Source of the DNA: a virus
Length of the DNA stretch: 39,452 bases
Reading direction: 5' to 3' (one strand)
IMG/VR virus record: IMGVR_UViG_3300034069_000756
Location: 1-39,452 of that record
In this document: piece by piece, positions 39,149-39,452 of the stretch
How the letters are laid out: the number at the start of each line of letters is the position of its first letter
How positions within the stretch are numbered: position 1 is the stretch's first letter
Notes under the pieces: model-generated
Told to the model about the DNA's origin: nothing
Databases searched by the model: none
What the model saw: the letters and a program-made list of their open reading frames with translations, nothing else
Position numbers and translations under genes: made by a program

Positions 39149-39452
39149 CGTCCTTCCTCGCTATGATCGGTGAGGAGGGCGCGCAGCCCGTCAACGCCTT
39201 CAGGACTGTACCTGGCGATGATCACCACGGCTTCAGCCAACGCGCTCGTCAGGGTGTCGACCTGCTCCCTGAGCCGATCTCGCTCGGCATAAGCGTCCAG
39301 CAAGGCGGGAACGGCGTTGCGGAGGGCGACGATTAGGGCGGCGTTCTCCTTCATCGGGAACACGCCGTTCATGTCCTCATCCCACGTCGACGCAAGGTGG
39401 CCGGTATGAGGCTGCCGCGTCCAAATGCAGGTTTCGTGCGGCTCGTTCTCAG
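39145..39452 (-). CDS. Ead/Ea22-like protein, C-terminal part (the same gene as 1..205 via the circular junction)
   Basis: The reading frame is open to the window edge and continues at 142..205. ATGA overlap with the DUF4326 gene. Confidence 0.6.
   Translation of the reverse strand, partial: ENEPHETCIWTRQPHTGHLASTWDEDMNGVFPMKENAALIVALRNAVPALLDAYAERDRLREQVDTLTSALAEAVVIIARYSPEGVDGLRALLTDHSEEGR
39312..39452. repeat. Terminal direct repeat copy 2 (circular-closure overlap)
   Basis: Identical to 1..141. Confidence 0.95.

Larger units (their letters stand above)
1..39311. mobile_element. Complete temperate phage genome (lambdoid regulatory layout, P22-like podovirus virion module), circular unit of 39,311 bp
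   Basis: The window ends are identical (1..141 = 39312..39452). It contains integrase plus attP, a CI/Cro immunity region, a replication module, terminase, portal, capsid, tail and lysis modules, and no host housekeeping genes. Confidence 0.85.

Noticed and set aside
1-39452. CRISPR arrays, rRNA genes, IS elements or transposases, reverse transcriptase or retron, and large known defence-system genes.
   Set aside because: Scanning found no regularly spaced repeat-spacer array, no transposase, RT, nuclease-helicase or ATPase-type ORF outside the phage core functions, and no rRNA-like sequence.

Overview
The window is a complete, circularly closed temperate phage genome. Positions 1..141 are identical to 39312..39452, which gives a unit length of 39,311 bp, and one gene reads through the junction.

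The layout is lambdoid. An integrase and an Xis-like HTH gene sit next to an attP that carries the 3' 45 nt of a tRNA-Thr(UGU)-like gene. A long leftward early operon is tightly translationally coupled and contains Ea22-like, DUF4326, NinB, Ref-like HNH, DUF669 SSB and Gp157-like genes. The immunity region has a LexA/CI-type repressor flanked by palindromic operators. The rightward operon runs from Cro-like and CII-like genes through RusA to an O-like initiator with internal iterons.

The late region is a P22-like podovirus module: TerS/TerL, portal, scaffold, capsid, gp4-, gp10- and gp26-like tail parts, ejection proteins, and a tailspike with an S74 chaperone domain. It ends with a lysis cassette of an M15 endolysin, a holin and nested spanins.

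The loci most worth follow-up:
- An ORF-poor, partly AT-richer cargo region between the lysis genes and attP (34.5-37.25 kb). It holds a duplicated 24-nt hairpin motif, strong hairpins and palindromes, small minus-strand genes, and a compact C5-methyltransferase-like protein.
- A lower-GC three-gene island (a small TM protein, a Zn-finger plus OmpR-type wHTH protein, and a tail-anchored protein) inserted between tail genes.
- A TGT/DpdA-like plus QueD-like pair in the early operon.
- A 52-aa membrane protein translationally coupled to the repressor.

All functional calls come from motif recognition by eye; no database search was run.
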